This document shows positions 38,501 through 48,062 of a stretch of 64,000 nucleotides of DNA, piece after piece. The stretch is from Candidatus Marinacidobacterales bacterium (GTDB lineage Bacteria; Acidobacteriota; Vicinamibacteria; Marinacidobacterales; DATDRI01): assembly GCA_965226495.1 (NCBI GenBank), contig OZ245365.1, positions 5,920,001 to 5,984,000 on the forward strand, given 5' to 3'. Each line of letters opens with the position of its first letter. Position 1 is the first letter of the stretch. The notes below the pieces were generated by a model. The model had not been told where the DNA came from, made no database searches, and saw only the letters and a program-made list of their open reading frames with translations. The position numbers were made by a program, and so were the translations under genes.

Positions 38501-39048
38501 TCGAGCTTTACTGCAAGCTTTTGGAGCAGGCGATTCGGGAGCTGTCCGGAGAAGAGGCCGAGCTCGCTCGATCCACTTTGAATCTCAAGATCGATCTGAA
38601 GATCCCAGAGTCGTTTATTCCCGACATCAATCAGCGTATGTCGGTATACAAGCGGGTTTCCACTGCCAGCGACGCCGCAGCCATCGAAGCGTTGGCGGCG
38701 GAGATCGGAGATCGCTACGGCACGATTCCGGACTCGGTCGAAAGACTCTTCGAGTACGCTCGCCTCAGACTGTTGGCGGAGGGTCTGCGGGTAGTGGCGA
38801 TCGATCGCGAGGGCGATCTGCTGGCCTTTCGATTCGACGCTGCGTCTCCGGTCGACCCTACGAGCTTGGTCAAGCTTGCTGGAGAGCTTCCGGGGGCGCG
38901 GATGACGCCGGGGGGAGTCCTCAAGCTACCGCTTACTCAAACCGAGACTGCCGACCTTCTCCTCCGGGTGAGGGAGGTTTTGCTCGAGCTCTCTCCCTAC
39001 TCTAAAATGAAAGGAACTAGCCCTAGGGAGACGGAGGCCAGGACGTGA
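35533..39048 (+). CDS. mfd: Transcription-repair coupling factor
   Basis: [12 protein letters not shown] domain [50 protein letters not shown] domain. Confidence 0.97.
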   Translation: MKPVLETHELARVLEDAGIGEIRSGLSTPPGGRPGVRRISGLMGPARTLVEAILAAPEPGPVLLVVSHERRVAEVSSDVAAFFTSMGIRREIFPFPALEVDPYRGLSPHFDIMAARARALAAFLQETPALFIAPAAALLFRTASPQIFSEGILSLRSGQVIEPSDIERTLVDSGYLHEDPVVSPGDFARRGGILDIYPPSRDEPLRLEFVGDTLEEIRSFDPESQRATGTLESVDVYPAREWIFRENERQRLIDRLSDENVGDLELKERLERESFPPGTSFVLPHLAEYRATLFDYLRNGTLLVEEPAEIARQATSEWERVLESYGEAATTRDTAYARPAELLLTPEDLSAHFGNRSVTIQELDVLDEDSGSASAFHLPSQLLPSFRGRIKDFLAEIRQQLDKDRRIHVFVGNRGLAERLVEILEEAQISAAMASEESQARGTVVLHIGNLSHGFLLPSLGQAVFAGRDVFEEPPRPERRRSSKLGRFLSDFRDLKVGDYVVHADHGIGVFTGLRQIAPQSGSGEFVILEYLGGDKLYVPVEKLDLLEKYSGPEGQKPRIEKLGGTGWERVKSRVKKSMRDMAQELLKLYAVRKSMPGHSFAADTHWQRELEDQFEYQETVDQAQAIEEVKRDMEAPFPMDRLLCGDVGYGKTEVAMRAAFKTVMDGKQVAVLVPTTVLAFQHLHTFRSRFSAFPVRVEMLSRFRTPKEQKVTVKELAAGAVDVVIGTHRLFSKDVQFKDLGLLVVDEEQRFGVGHKERLKQLRKQVDSVTMTATPIPRTLHMSLAGIRDLSVIETPPKDRMAIQTYVTRLDSKILAEALRYELGRGGQVYFVHNRVSSIYSMASYLQRLVPEARIGVGHGQMKEADLERTMLRFVRQEFDVLVSTTIIENGLDIPLVNTLIVNRADRFGLSQLYQLRGRVGRSNRRAYAYFLVPDESALTPVARRRLAAIREFSDLGAGFRIAALDLELRGAGNVLGGEQHGHIDAVGFELYCKLLEQAIRELSGEEAELARSTLNLKIDLKIPESFIPDINQRMSVYKRVSTASDAAAIEALAAEIGDRYGTIPDSVERLFEYARLRLLAEGLRVVAIDREGDLLAFRFDAASPVDPTSLVKLAGELPGARMTPGGVLKLPLTQTETADLLLRVREVLLELSPYSKMKGTSPRETEART

Positions 39049-40010
39049 GGTGGCTGGAAGCGGCCACAATTGTGGGGTTTATCGCGCCGCTATTGGGTTG
39101 CGCAGAGCCTGCGGCGGATCCAATTATCGCAGAGGTTGGCAGCGACGTGGTGACCCTGTCCGAGTTCGAAGCCTACGTCCGAGCGGTTGGCGAGGAAGAC
39201 GTTCCCCTTGTCGGGGGCGAGCTGAAATCGGCTTTGTTGGAACAGCTCATCGAGGAGTTGCTCTTGCTGCAAGCCGCCAAGGATGAAGGCATAGAAGTCG
39301 CTCCCGGTGAGGTCGAGGTGCTCCGCGCCCAGTTGGTGTCGGGGCTGGAAAAACCGGAGCAAGTTGGCCCGGCCGAGTCGCAGGAACACTCGGGCCATAA
39401 TCTTCGCGACCTGACGGCTCACCTGACGCTCAAGAAGCTCATGGAGGCTAAAATTTTGAGGGACATCGCGGTCACCGAAGAAGAGATCGCGGCCTACTAT
39501 GAGGCCAACCGCACCTTTTACAAACGGCCAGAGGCGGTAGCGATTTCCCAACTTCTGGTTGAGAAAGAAGAGGAGGCGAGTCGGCTGCATCGAGAGCTGA
39601 CCGCGGACACGTCTCGCTTCGAGGAACTGGCTCAAGCGCATTCGGTAGGGCCTGAGGCCGGCAATGGGGGACACCTCGGTGCCTTTCGCCGTGGCGAGCT
39701 ACCGGCATCCTTCGAGAGAGAAGTGTTCGGCATCAAGAAGGGAACGCTGTCTCCGGTCGTCAAGACTGACTTTGGGTTTCACATTTTCCGCGTCGATCAG
39801 ACGTTTCGGGCGCGGGACTTGCCGCTGAAAGACGTGGAACAGGCTATCCGGGTTGAGCTACTGCGCCAAAAGAGCGACGAAGCCTTGGCGCTCTTCATGG
39901 AAGTTCTAGAGAAACGTTACCCGGTCCGGGTCGCTACCGAAGAATTGGACTTTCCGTTCATGAATCGGAATGGGTATGACACGGAACCGAGAACAGCGGG
40001 TGAGCAGTAA
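39045..40010 (+). CDS. PpiC-type peptidyl-prolyl isomerase lipoprotein
   Basis: Lipobox LLGC; FEELAQAHS..GGHLG..SPVVKTDFGFHIF. Confidence 0.87.
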   Translation: MRWLEAATIVGFIAPLLGCAEPAADPIIAEVGSDVVTLSEFEAYVRAVGEEDVPLVGGELKSALLEQLIEELLLLQAAKDEGIEVAPGEVEVLRAQLVSGLEKPEQVGPAESQEHSGHNLRDLTAHLTLKKLMEAKILRDIAVTEEEIAAYYEANRTFYKRPEAVAISQLLVEKEEEASRLHRELTADTSRFEELAQAHSVGPEAGNGGHLGAFRRGELPASFEREVFGIKKGTLSPVVKTDFGFHIFRVDQTFRARDLPLKDVEQAIRVELLRQKSDEALALFMEVLEKRYPVRVATEELDFPFMNRNGYDTEPRTAGEQ

Positions 40011-40035
40011 TCAGTCATCAGAGGCCAGAAAAGAC

Positions 40036-41061
40036 ATGATATACACAATCATCGCAATCACGTTGGCGGGAGCGCTCGGCGCTTCTCAACCCGAAATAGT
40101 AGAGCGTGTGGTGGCCAAAGTGAACGGCAGGATCATCACCATGACCGAGCTGGATGATGAAATGAAGACGGTCCTGGAACAGTTGGGACCGGCCGCGAGC
40201 GCGGAGGAGGAGCGGCTCCGGATGGCCGAGTTACGTCCCGAGGTCCTCCAGAGCATGATCGACAACATGCTCGTCCTGCAGCTCGCGACCGAAAGAGGTC
40301 TCGAGGTTCCACCACGCTATTTCGAAGAGTGGAAGGCCAACGTCATGGAGGAAATGAGCCTCGAGTCCGAAGAGGAGCTTACCCGTCAGATGGAATTACA
40401 GGGCATGAACATGGCCCAGTTCAAGAAACAGTGGGAAGAGGGCCTTCTGATACAAGAGATCCGCCGTATCGAGGTAGATAACAAGGTTTCTGTCAACGAG
40501 CCGGAGATCGAAAAGTACTATCACGAGCACATCAGCGAATACACGCAACCGGCGAAGGTTCGGTTTCGTGAGATCGTCGTGCGATTCGATGCAAGCACCG
40601 AGTTTGAAGCGGTCGACAAGGCGAAGCGCCTGCATCAAGATCTGCTGCAAGGAGCCAGCTTCGCCGAAGTGGCCCGACTTCATTCAGACTCTTCATCGCG
40701 TGACGCGGGCGGCGATCTAGGTTTTTTCGAAAAGGGCGAGCTCGCCGAGCCGCTGAACGAGGTGGCCTTCAGCCTCGCGCCGGGAGAAATTAGTGAAGTG
40801 CTACGCATGGGTGCCGCGTTCTACATCGTGAAGGTGGAGGAGACGACGGAGGAGCACACCCTGCCGGTCGAAGACGTCCGCAAAACGATCGCCGACTCCA
40901 TTTATCAAGAAAGCGTGCAGGAACAAAGCAAGAAGTACATCACCAAACTCCGTGAGCAAGCCATCATTGAGATCCAGCTAGACCCGAAACCCAAGGGACC
41001 CGTTAAGCCCGACGGGCCCGCTAAGGAAGCGCAGGCTCCCGGCGAGAGCCCAGGCCAGTAA
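40036..41061 (+). CDS. SurA-like chaperone/PPIase
   Basis: ERVVAKVNGRIIT; FAEVARLHS..GGDLGFF. Confidence 0.87.
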   Translation: MIYTIIAITLAGALGASQPEIVERVVAKVNGRIITMTELDDEMKTVLEQLGPAASAEEERLRMAELRPEVLQSMIDNMLVLQLATERGLEVPPRYFEEWKANVMEEMSLESEEELTRQMELQGMNMAQFKKQWEEGLLIQEIRRIEVDNKVSVNEPEIEKYYHEHISEYTQPAKVRFREIVVRFDASTEFEAVDKAKRLHQDLLQGASFAEVARLHSDSSSRDAGGDLGFFEKGELAEPLNEVAFSLAPGEISEVLRMGAAFYIVKVEETTEEHTLPVEDVRKTIADSIYQESVQEQSKKYITKLREQAIIEIQLDPKPKGPVKPDGPAKEAQAPGESPGQ

Positions 41062-41086
41062 GGGGCAGTAAGAGACGGGTTCGTGA

Positions 41087-41353
41087 TTGCGAATTGATAA
41101 CTTCCTCAGGCAATCGCGGCTGGTGAAGCGTCGAACGCTTGCGAAGGAGCTTTGTGAGGAGGGAGCGGTGACCCTGAACGGGAGACCGGCGCGGGCGGGA
41201 AAGGAAGTCGCGCCCGGAGATCGGCTCGGTTTGAGGCTTTGGAACCGGCGGCTGGTGATCGAGGTCGAGCAGATTCCAGAAAGGGCTCCATCGGTTGTGG
41301 AAGCCCGCCAGCTGTACAGGATCATAGAGGAGAGTCGGGTAGAGGAACTGTAG
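41087..41353 (+). CDS. S4-domain RNA-binding protein (YabO/RqcP-Hsp15-like)
   Basis: MRIDNFLRQSRLVKRRTLAKELC..V.LNG; 88 aa. Confidence 0.88.
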   Translation: MRIDNFLRQSRLVKRRTLAKELCEEGAVTLNGRPARAGKEVAPGDRLGLRLWNRRLVIEVEQIPERAPSVVEARQLYRIIEESRVEEL

Positions 41354-41355
41354 GT

Positions 41356-42375
41356 ATGAAAAGCCTAGTCATCGATCGTCTCGAAGTGAATCCGCCCTTG
41401 GTCCTCGCTCCACTCGCGGGGCATACTGATCGAGCCTTCCGTGGCTTGGTAAGGCACCTAGGTGGCTGCGGTCTGGTGGTGACCGAGATGGTCAGCTCTG
41501 AGGGGTTGACCCGAGGTAGCCAGGCTTCCCGAGATATCGCCGCCGTGACTCACGAGGAGCGCCCGGTGGGCGTCCAGGTATTCGGAACCGATCCCGACCG
41601 GCTCGCCGCCGCCGCCAACATGGTTGACGAGTTCGGTGCTGATCTGGTCGACGTCAACATGGGGTGTCCGGTTCCCAAAGTGACGCGGCTCGGCGCGGGT
41701 GCCGCTTTAATGCGTGATGTGAAGCAAGCGAGCAAACTTATTTCTCAGATGGTGAAGTTGGCCACCATTCCGGTGACGGCCAAGATCCGTTCTGGTTGGG
41801 ACTACGATTGCATCAACGCTCGAGAGGTGGCCTGCGCACTCGAAGATGCCGGCGCCGCCGCCATCACCGTACACCCGCGTTGTCGCAGTGAACGACACCG
41901 TGGGAAAGCCGCTTGGCAAGTCATTCGAGACGTGAAGGAATCGGTAAAAATTCCTGTAATCGGGAATGGAGACGTGCGCTCTGCGGAGGATGCGCGAGCG
42001 ATGATCGCCGAGACCGGCGTGGACGCCATTATGATCGGCCGCGGCGCCCTCGAGAATCCCTGGGTGTTCCGCCAAGTGAGCGACGAGCTTAGCGGTAGAG
42101 AATCGTCTCATCCCACGATGAATGACTACCGACAGGCGATCACGTTTTTTACCCAGAGTCTCAAGGAGTATCTGCCGGATAAGCTGGTAGTGAATCGTGT
42201 GAAAGCCCTCATCGGGTGGATCTCGAAGGGCTTGCCGGGAGGCGCGGCTCTCCGGCGGAACATATACGCTTCGAAGACACTTCCGGAAGTTACTCACGTT
42301 TTCGAAGCCTACTTCGCAGACCCGAACTGTCAGCTGGCGGAAGAAGAACCCCGCCTCGCACCTTACCCTGCCTAG
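41356..42375 (+). CDS. dusB: tRNA-dihydrouridine synthase B
   Basis: LAPLAG, VTEMVS, DVNMGCP, AKIRSG, GNGDV, MIGRGA. Confidence 0.92.
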   Translation: MKSLVIDRLEVNPPLVLAPLAGHTDRAFRGLVRHLGGCGLVVTEMVSSEGLTRGSQASRDIAAVTHEERPVGVQVFGTDPDRLAAAANMVDEFGADLVDVNMGCPVPKVTRLGAGAALMRDVKQASKLISQMVKLATIPVTAKIRSGWDYDCINAREVACALEDAGAAAITVHPRCRSERHRGKAAWQVIRDVKESVKIPVIGNGDVRSAEDARAMIAETGVDAIMIGRGALENPWVFRQVSDELSGRESSHPTMNDYRQAITFFTQSLKEYLPDKLVVNRVKALIGWISKGLPGGAALRRNIYASKTLPEVTHVFEAYFADPNCQLAEEEPRLAPYPA

Positions 42376-42758
42376 CCCGCCTGGCCCGTTCGCTCGGTTC
42401 CGCGAAGAGGGAGGGGACGGAAAAAGAAAACCACCGTGACGGCGAGTAGGGTCATCGCCGCACTCACCAAGAGCCATTGCGGAGCTCGAAAATACACCAA
42501 GTTCTCCACGTAGTGAATAAGGAAGGCCCCCTCGTACGCCGAAGATCCAGCTCGCCTCCACAAGGCTTGCTCAAGGTGAGTCAGCGGGCAGGTCCAACGG
42601 AAGACTTCGATCGCCAGGCTATAGATGACCGCAAGCAAGTGAATGCGCCTCAAGCGGGAGTGTCGACGTAACCAGAAAGCCCCGGTGATAACGAAAACGA
42701 TCCACGCCAAGTGCAGTAGGACTGTGGCTTCGGCGGCCAGGGTGTATACGAGCTTCAA
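42372..42758 (-). CDS. DUF2784 family membrane protein
   Basis: LHLAWIVFV..G, IHL, WTCPLTHLE, FLIHYV; TTG start overlaps the dipeptidase stop. Confidence 0.8.
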   Translation of the reverse strand: MKLVYTLAAEATVLLHLAWIVFVITGAFWLRRHSRLRRIHLLAVIYSLAIEVFRWTCPLTHLEQALWRRAGSSAYEGAFLIHYVENLVYFRAPQWLLVSAAMTLLAVTVVFFFRPLPLRGTERTGQAG

Positions 42759-43855
42759 TGAGGGGATACCTCTTCTTCTTCCCGCTCTTTCAAAACGCGA
42801 AGCACGTTTTCCCCTAAGATCTTGCGGACTCTCTCTTCGCTCCATCCCGCATCGAGCATGAGCTGGGTGAGCCCGGTAGCATCGACCGGGGTTTGCACGA
42901 AGCCGTCAAAGTCACTGCCCAGCGCCGCCACGTCCTCTCCTCCAACCGAGACCATGTGCCGGAGGTGTGCCATCACTTCGAGGAGATCCGATTGCTCCGT
43001 GGCCGGTGGGGCCAGCATGACGCCGATCACTCCCTCCTTGGCCGCTATGACCCGGATCTGCTCATCGCTGATGTTTCGCGGCGTGTCGTGGATGGCGCGT
43101 GCGCCGATGTGGCTAACGAGCGGAGGCAGAGTGGTAAGCGCGAGTGATTCCTCGAAGCTCTTTGCACTGGCATGTGAGAGATCGACCATGACGCCCCGCC
43201 GGTTCATCTCTAGAATCAGCTCTCGACCCAGATCGGTGAGCCCTCGATTCGAGCCCTGGGAGCTTCCACCGTACTTATTGTCCGCCAAGTGCACCGGCCC
43301 GATGAAGAGCACGCCTTGGTGTTTCACATCTTCGACTCGAGAGAGATCGTCGTCCAGCGCATGGGCGCCTTCAATGCCGTGAAAGACTGAGAGAACGCCT
43401 CGTCGATGGTTTTCCCGAATGGCGTCGGCGGTATCGACTCGCTGCACGAGGCCCTCGGATTGAGCGACGAAATCGTGCATGCGTTGAAGCTGATACTGAA
43501 GTCGCTCCCATGGCGACAGCCAGGTCGCTGGTGGCCAGAAGTCATGGAACGCCTTGAGTCCCGCGACACCGAAAAAGAGGGTGGCGGTGGTGAAGGCAGT
43601 AGCGTCCAAGCCCCCTTCTCGCATGCGAGAAAAATCCACGTGTCCACCAGAGGGTGGGAGGTTGAGATCGCGCGGCCAGAGGAGGGAGTCGACATGAAGG
43701 TCGATTACGATGGCCTCGCGGTGAATACGAATTGCCTCTGGACCGGGCTTCACCGCGGGGGGTGCATAGCGGGGAGTCGGTTCTAGATCGACGAGGAAGA
43801 AGATGACCAGAAAGACTAGTGAGATGGAGAGTAGGTAGCGGAGAGTGCGCCGCAT
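42755..43855 (-). CDS. Membrane dipeptidase (M19)
   Basis: DLHVD, GIEGAH, VDLSHAS, RNISDEQ, ALGSDFDG, KILGENVLRV; N-terminal TM helix. Confidence 0.9.
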   Translation of the reverse strand: MRRTLRYLLSISLVFLVIFFLVDLEPTPRYAPPAVKPGPEAIRIHREAIVIDLHVDSLLWPRDLNLPPSGGHVDFSRMREGGLDATAFTTATLFFGVAGLKAFHDFWPPATWLSPWERLQYQLQRMHDFVAQSEGLVQRVDTADAIRENHRRGVLSVFHGIEGAHALDDDLSRVEDVKHQGVLFIGPVHLADNKYGGSSQGSNRGLTDLGRELILEMNRRGVMVDLSHASAKSFEESLALTTLPPLVSHIGARAIHDTPRNISDEQIRVIAAKEGVIGVMLAPPATEQSDLLEVMAHLRHMVSVGGEDVAALGSDFDGFVQTPVDATGLTQLMLDAGWSEERVRKILGENVLRVLKEREEEEVSPH

Positions 43856-43898
43856 GGGGCACATTGTAAAGCGAAAAAACAAAAGGGGGGCCTTGCAC

Positions 43899-44079
43899 CC
43901 CTCCTCCGGTGTCTGGCTACATGGGAACGGCACGCCGTAGCTTGACGCCACCCTCTCCCAAAGGGAGAGGGGAAAAGGAAAAAGGCCGTGGCCCTCACCC
44001 GGCGTCTGGCTACATGGGAACGGCACGCCGTAGCTTGACGCCACCCTCTCCCAAAGGGAGAGGGGAAAAGGAAAAAGGC
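43899..44079. repeat. Tandem duplication (93-bp period) of a REP-like element
   Basis: 76 identical bp at 43911-43986 and 44004-44079, each containing a CCCTCTCCCAAAGGGAGAGGG hairpin. Confidence 0.9.
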
Positions 44080-44085
44080 TCTTTG

Positions 44086-44694
44086 TTAAGACGCGGGCGC
44101 GGCTTCGAGATTGATCGTTACCGTTACTTCTTCGCCAACCAAGACTCCGCCGGCTTCGAGGACCTCGTTCCACGTCATACCGAAGTCCTTCCGGTTGATA
44201 ACGGTAGTAGCTTGGAATCCATACTTCAAATTGCCCCAGGGATCCTTGCCCTTTCCGAGAAGCTCGGCATCGAGGACGACTTCCTTCTCCACACCATGCA
44301 TGGTTAGGGTGCCTTTCATCTTCCCCTTCTTGCCGTTCAGTTTGGCAGGAGCGGTGCTCTTGAAGGTGAGGGTAGGGTACTTCTCCACGTTGAAAAAGCG
44401 CTTGCTGCGCAAGTCCTTGTCCCTTGCCTCGACGTTGGTATCGACGCTGGCAGTCTGGATCGTCACCACGACATTCGAGATGGTGTTGGTCTCTTCATCG
44501 AGGTCGAAAGTCCCTTCGAACTCGCGAAACTGACCGTCGACTTTCGTGAACATGAGATGGGTCACCTGAAAGGTGACCGAGGAGTGTTGCGCATCGATCT
44601 TCAGCGACCCGGCCTGTGCAATCGCAGCGCCTATGATTAGACTCGCGACAAAGGCTGCCGGCACGACGTATTTGGCGTTCATTTTCTGCATCAT
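44086..44694 (-). CDS. YceI family periplasmic protein
   Basis: Signal peptide; IDAQHSSVTF..H, RDKDLRS..FF, GTLTMHGV, INRKDFG. Confidence 0.92.
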   Translation of the reverse strand: MMQKMNAKYVVPAAFVASLIIGAAIAQAGSLKIDAQHSSVTFQVTHLMFTKVDGQFREFEGTFDLDEETNTISNVVVTIQTASVDTNVEARDKDLRSKRFFNVEKYPTLTFKSTAPAKLNGKKGKMKGTLTMHGVEKEVVLDAELLGKGKDPWGNLKYGFQATTVINRKDFGMTWNEVLEAGGVLVGEEVTVTINLEAAPAS

Positions 44695-44767
44695 CTATCC
44701 TCTGTGTGGACAGACCGGCGAGGAATTATGGCCTCGCCGGCCTGTTCCGTTGGAGTGTGTACTCGCC

Positions 44768-45046
44768 TTACTCTGTTTCCGCCGTCAAGCGTCCACCGTC
44801 GATCTTCAGGCAGAGCTCCTTGTCCATGTCAAGGTACCCTTCACGCTTGCAGCTATTCTGATTGGCGCAGGAGTGTCCCTTGCCACCGCAGTCACCCGTT
44901 GCTTTGCACTTGTTGACACCGTAACAATGGACTTCATCAATCTCATGGGCAGCGGTGTTACCGCTGAAGGTTGCCATCGCCAACGGCACGGTGAGAACAC
45001 CGGCCAGAGAGGCAACCAGAAGTGATCTTGGACTGGGCTTCTTCAT
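44768..45046 (-). CDS. bufA2: Six-Cys bufferin-type (BufA2-like) RiPP precursor
   Basis: Signal peptide followed by HCYGVNKCKATGDCGGKGHSCANQNSCKREGY..C..GG; next to DUF692 and DUF2063 genes. Confidence 0.8.
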   Translation of the reverse strand: MKKPSPRSLLVASLAGVLTVPLAMATFSGNTAAHEIDEVHCYGVNKCKATGDCGGKGHSCANQNSCKREGYLDMDKELCLKIDGGRLTAETE

Positions 45047-45061
45047 TTGAATCCTCCACGT

Positions 45062-45898
45062 TTATTGGGAGACCGCACCATGCGACCTCCCGGTTTTCAA
45101 GAAAAGGCCTTCGTCAACCAGCCGACGAAAGCGCTGCAAAAGTCCCTGGACGGTGTCGGGGTCGTCGTCATCATCTACCAGGACGGTTTGGAGCTCCGCC
45201 AGGCTAGTGCCCTCGGCTGCCGCCTCGATGAATCGGGCGTCCTCTTCGTCCAGGTTGCGGCAGCGGGCTTGCAACTCATAGCGGTAGACGAGGACGATCG
45301 ATGGACGCCCCTCGACAGCCAGCGAGACCTCATCGTCGCTCTTGTCCTTCAAATTGCGAATATCGATGATCGGCCAGTCCGATCGAATGACCGCCGTCCC
45401 CGGGTTCAGTACGAGCGGCAGATTGGACACCGCTTCGGGCGCCATCGTCTGGAGCACGCTCCAGAGAAGAGGCTCCGGATCCTTCGCGACGAACGCTTCC
45501 GAAAAGTGCCACTCGAGCTTGGCGAGATCCGGTAGGAAGGGGAGTTTCGCAGTCAATGGATCTTGCTCTAAGAAAGAAGCTAGACGGTCTCCCACGTACC
45601 GTAGGTCGAAGGATCGTGGTGAGTGAGCGGCGAGGTACCGTTCGGTCAAGGCCTCGAAGTGAACGTTCCCCAGTGCCCGCTTCACCGCGGGGTAATCGTG
45701 CTCCAAGGTTTCGACGATGCGGGCGAGATATCCGGACGCATAGATGTGCCAGCGGCTCTCTAGTGTACCCTGCGGTGGTTTGTGGATATGGCGCTTACGG
45801 GCTTCGGGTCCAAACGTCTCCTCGCCCAGAAGCTCACCGAGCATCGCGGTCTGGAGACCTTGTAGAGGAGGGCGATCAGGGAGTGGCGGGGACGGCAC
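45062..45898 (-). CDS. bufC: DUF2063 (BufC/HvfC-like) partner protein
   Basis: IYASGY..L..DYPAV..LG...F, HSPRS, FLPDLAKLEW; overlaps the DUF692 gene. Confidence 0.82.
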   Translation of the reverse strand: MPSPPLPDRPPLQGLQTAMLGELLGEETFGPEARKRHIHKPPQGTLESRWHIYASGYLARIVETLEHDYPAVKRALGNVHFEALTERYLAAHSPRSFDLRYVGDRLASFLEQDPLTAKLPFLPDLAKLEWHFSEAFVAKDPEPLLWSVLQTMAPEAVSNLPLVLNPGTAVIRSDWPIIDIRNLKDKSDDEVSLAVEGRPSIVLVYRYELQARCRNLDEEDARFIEAAAEGTSLAELQTVLVDDDDDPDTVQGLLQRFRRLVDEGLFLKTGRSHGAVSQ

Positions 45899-46712
45899 GG
45901 GTAGTCTCCAAAATGAGTTGCGCCTGTTGGGCTTCTCGTTGCAACACCGGGAACTCGGGGATATGCGCGTCGCGCTCGATCAGCGTCGGTTGAGGACCGA
46001 AACGTTCTACCGCTTTTCGGTACAATGCCCAAACTTCATCGCAGACCGGGTGGTCATGAGTGTCGATGACGAAATCTCCGTGGTCTTCGTGTCCGGCGAG
46101 ATGAAACTGCCGGACACGGTCGTTCGGAATACCTTCGAGGTAGCGATGGGGATCGATCCCGTGATTGCGAGCGTTCACGTAGATGTTGTTCACGTCGAGC
46201 AGGAGATGGCAGTCGGCCTCCTCCAGTACCGCACGGGTGAACTCCCACTCGCTCATTTGTGAATGATTGAACTCGATGTAGGTAGAGATGTTCTCGAGGA
46301 GTATCCGGCGTCCTAGTGTCTCTTGGACCACGCAAACGTTTCGGACCACGTTCCGAACTGCTTCGGCGGTAAACGGGAGTGGCAGCAGGTCGTGACTATT
46401 GTGACCTCCAATACCGGTCCAGCAGAGATGGTCGGATACCAGCTCCGGCTCGAGCCAGCCGACGAGCTCCTTGAGGCGTTTCAAGTAATCGCTATTGGGC
46501 GGTGACGCCGTACCGATCGAAAGAGAAACGCCATGAATGGCCATCGGATGGTCACGCCGCACTCGTTCGAGAATATGTCGCGGACGTCCACCCGCTCCCA
46601 TGAAATTCTCGGAGATGACCTCGAACCAAGGTATCGGCGGTCGCTCGGAAAGGACGAAATCGTAATGTTCTTTTCGGAGGCCGATTCCGCAACCGCTCGG
46701 TCGTTGTGTCAT
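45876..46712 (-). CDS. bufB: DUF692 multinuclear non-heme iron oxidative enzyme (MNIO, BufB-like)
   Basis: GIGLRKEHY, FEVISENF, HGVSLSIG, SDHLCW, LLENIS, LLDVNNIYV, HLAGH, IDTH, LIERD. Confidence 0.92.
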   Translation of the reverse strand: MTQRPSGCGIGLRKEHYDFVLSERPPIPWFEVISENFMGAGGRPRHILERVRRDHPMAIHGVSLSIGTASPPNSDYLKRLKELVGWLEPELVSDHLCWTGIGGHNSHDLLPLPFTAEAVRNVVRNVCVVQETLGRRILLENISTYIEFNHSQMSEWEFTRAVLEEADCHLLLDVNNIYVNARNHGIDPHRYLEGIPNDRVRQFHLAGHEDHGDFVIDTHDHPVCDEVWALYRKAVERFGPQPTLIERDAHIPEFPVLQREAQQAQLILETTRAVPATP

Positions 46713-46814
46713 GACTACCGCCACGATAGGGAACCGCTATGGGTTCCGGTATGAAGTAGCTAACAGGTTGAGGAGATCCCCGGAAGGTGTTGTGGTTAAA
46801 CGCATAGGTAGGAC

Positions 46815-47855
46815 TCAACCGCCGCGGGTATGCATTTCCAAATGAGGGTTTTGCCGCAGTCCGTCCGCTTCGACCAGAGGGGTTCGCACCGCGATCCCAA
46901 GGCGTTCCTCGGCGCCGCGATCGTTCCGCCGAGACCAGTTGGACACGATGGTGTTTCGGAGCTCTTCCTCGGAAGCATTTTGTCGAAGCGGCGCTCGCAA
47001 ATCGACGCCCTGTTGGGAGTAGAGGCAGAGATACCATTGGCCATCCGCGGTGAGTCGACTTCGGTCACAGCTTTGGCAAAAGGGTTGTGTCGTGGACGAG
47101 ATGATCCCGAAAACCGTCCCGTCGGATAACGTGTACCTCTCGGCGGGTGCGGAGGGGTCTTGTCCTTTGGTCAGGCGCTCGACGGAGCCGTAATGCTGTT
47201 CGAGTGACTGCAGGATTTCGGATTGAGAGAAAACTTGTTCCATGGACCACTGCGTCGCTCCACCGACATCCATGTACTCGATGAAGCGTACCTCCGCGCC
47301 GACTTCTTTGCCGTACTCGATCAAGTCGGTGAGCTCATCATCGTTCGTTCCGCGGATGACGACGGTGTCGATCTTCAAGCCCTTGAATCCCGCGTCCTTG
47401 ACGGCGCGGATTCCCTCTTGAACTTTGTCCAGAAAATCTCGGTTGTTCATCGCCTGGAAACGCTCACGCCGGAGGGTGTCCAGACTGACCGTCACACGGC
47501 CGAGCCCTGCCTCGAAAAGCGCGCTGGCCTGCTCGGCTAGTTGCACACCATTGGTCGTGATGGCTAAATCCTTGAGGCGGGTATTTTGGCTCAAGAGAGT
47601 CACGAACACCGGGAGGTCTTTTCTGAGCAGCGGCTCACCGCCGGTGAGTCGCAGTTTTTCTACACCGAGATCGGTGAAGACATCCACCAGCCGGCCCATC
47701 TCCTCGAAGGTTAGGAGGTCTTTTCGCGGGAGCCAGACGTACTCCGCCTCCGGCATACAGTATTGGCAGCGGAGGTTACATCGGTCGGTCACCGATAGCC
47801 TCAAATTACGCATTGGCCGACCGAAAGAGTCGGTCGACCGTCTTGTTGTGCTCAC
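46815..47855 (-). CDS. moaA: GTP 3',8-cyclase
   Basis: LRLSVTDRCNLRCQYCM, C-terminal CxxC..C cluster, terminal RGG; GTG 47855 chosen as start. Confidence 0.94.
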   Translation of the reverse strand: MSTTRRSTDSFGRPMRNLRLSVTDRCNLRCQYCMPEAEYVWLPRKDLLTFEEMGRLVDVFTDLGVEKLRLTGGEPLLRKDLPVFVTLLSQNTRLKDLAITTNGVQLAEQASALFEAGLGRVTVSLDTLRRERFQAMNNRDFLDKVQEGIRAVKDAGFKGLKIDTVVIRGTNDDELTDLIEYGKEVGAEVRFIEYMDVGGATQWSMEQVFSQSEILQSLEQHYGSVERLTKGQDPSAPAERYTLSDGTVFGIISSTTQPFCQSCDRSRLTADGQWYLCLYSQQGVDLRAPLRQNASEEELRNTIVSNWSRRNDRGAEERLGIAVRTPLVEADGLRQNPHLEMHTRGG

Positions 47856-48046
47856 GGTGGGTAGTTTAGGCCGAGCCGAAGCGGCTCGGCAAGTCGGAGC
47901 GGGGACTAGAGCAACCATGTGATTTGGGTGCCAGCCAGGTAGTTGAGGCGCGGAGTTAAAAGGGCCGGCCGGGAAACGAGAGCGAGCCCCCGTGTAAGCC
48001 ATCCCTCCCGTTTCCCGGGCCGGACCTACCTTCGGTAACAGAGTTT

Positions 48047-48062
48047 TGCAGCAACCATGCCA
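48047..48062 (-). promoter_or_regulatory. Sigma54 (-24/-12) promoter upstream of moaA
   Basis: Minus strand TGGCAT-GGTTG-CTGCA with exact GG-N10-GC spacing. Confidence 0.55.

Noticed and set aside
43899-44079. CRISPR repeats, or the N-terminal extension of ORF 42755-44173
   Set aside because: Only two long REP copies; the extension is translated REP, and the dipeptidase starts at 43855.
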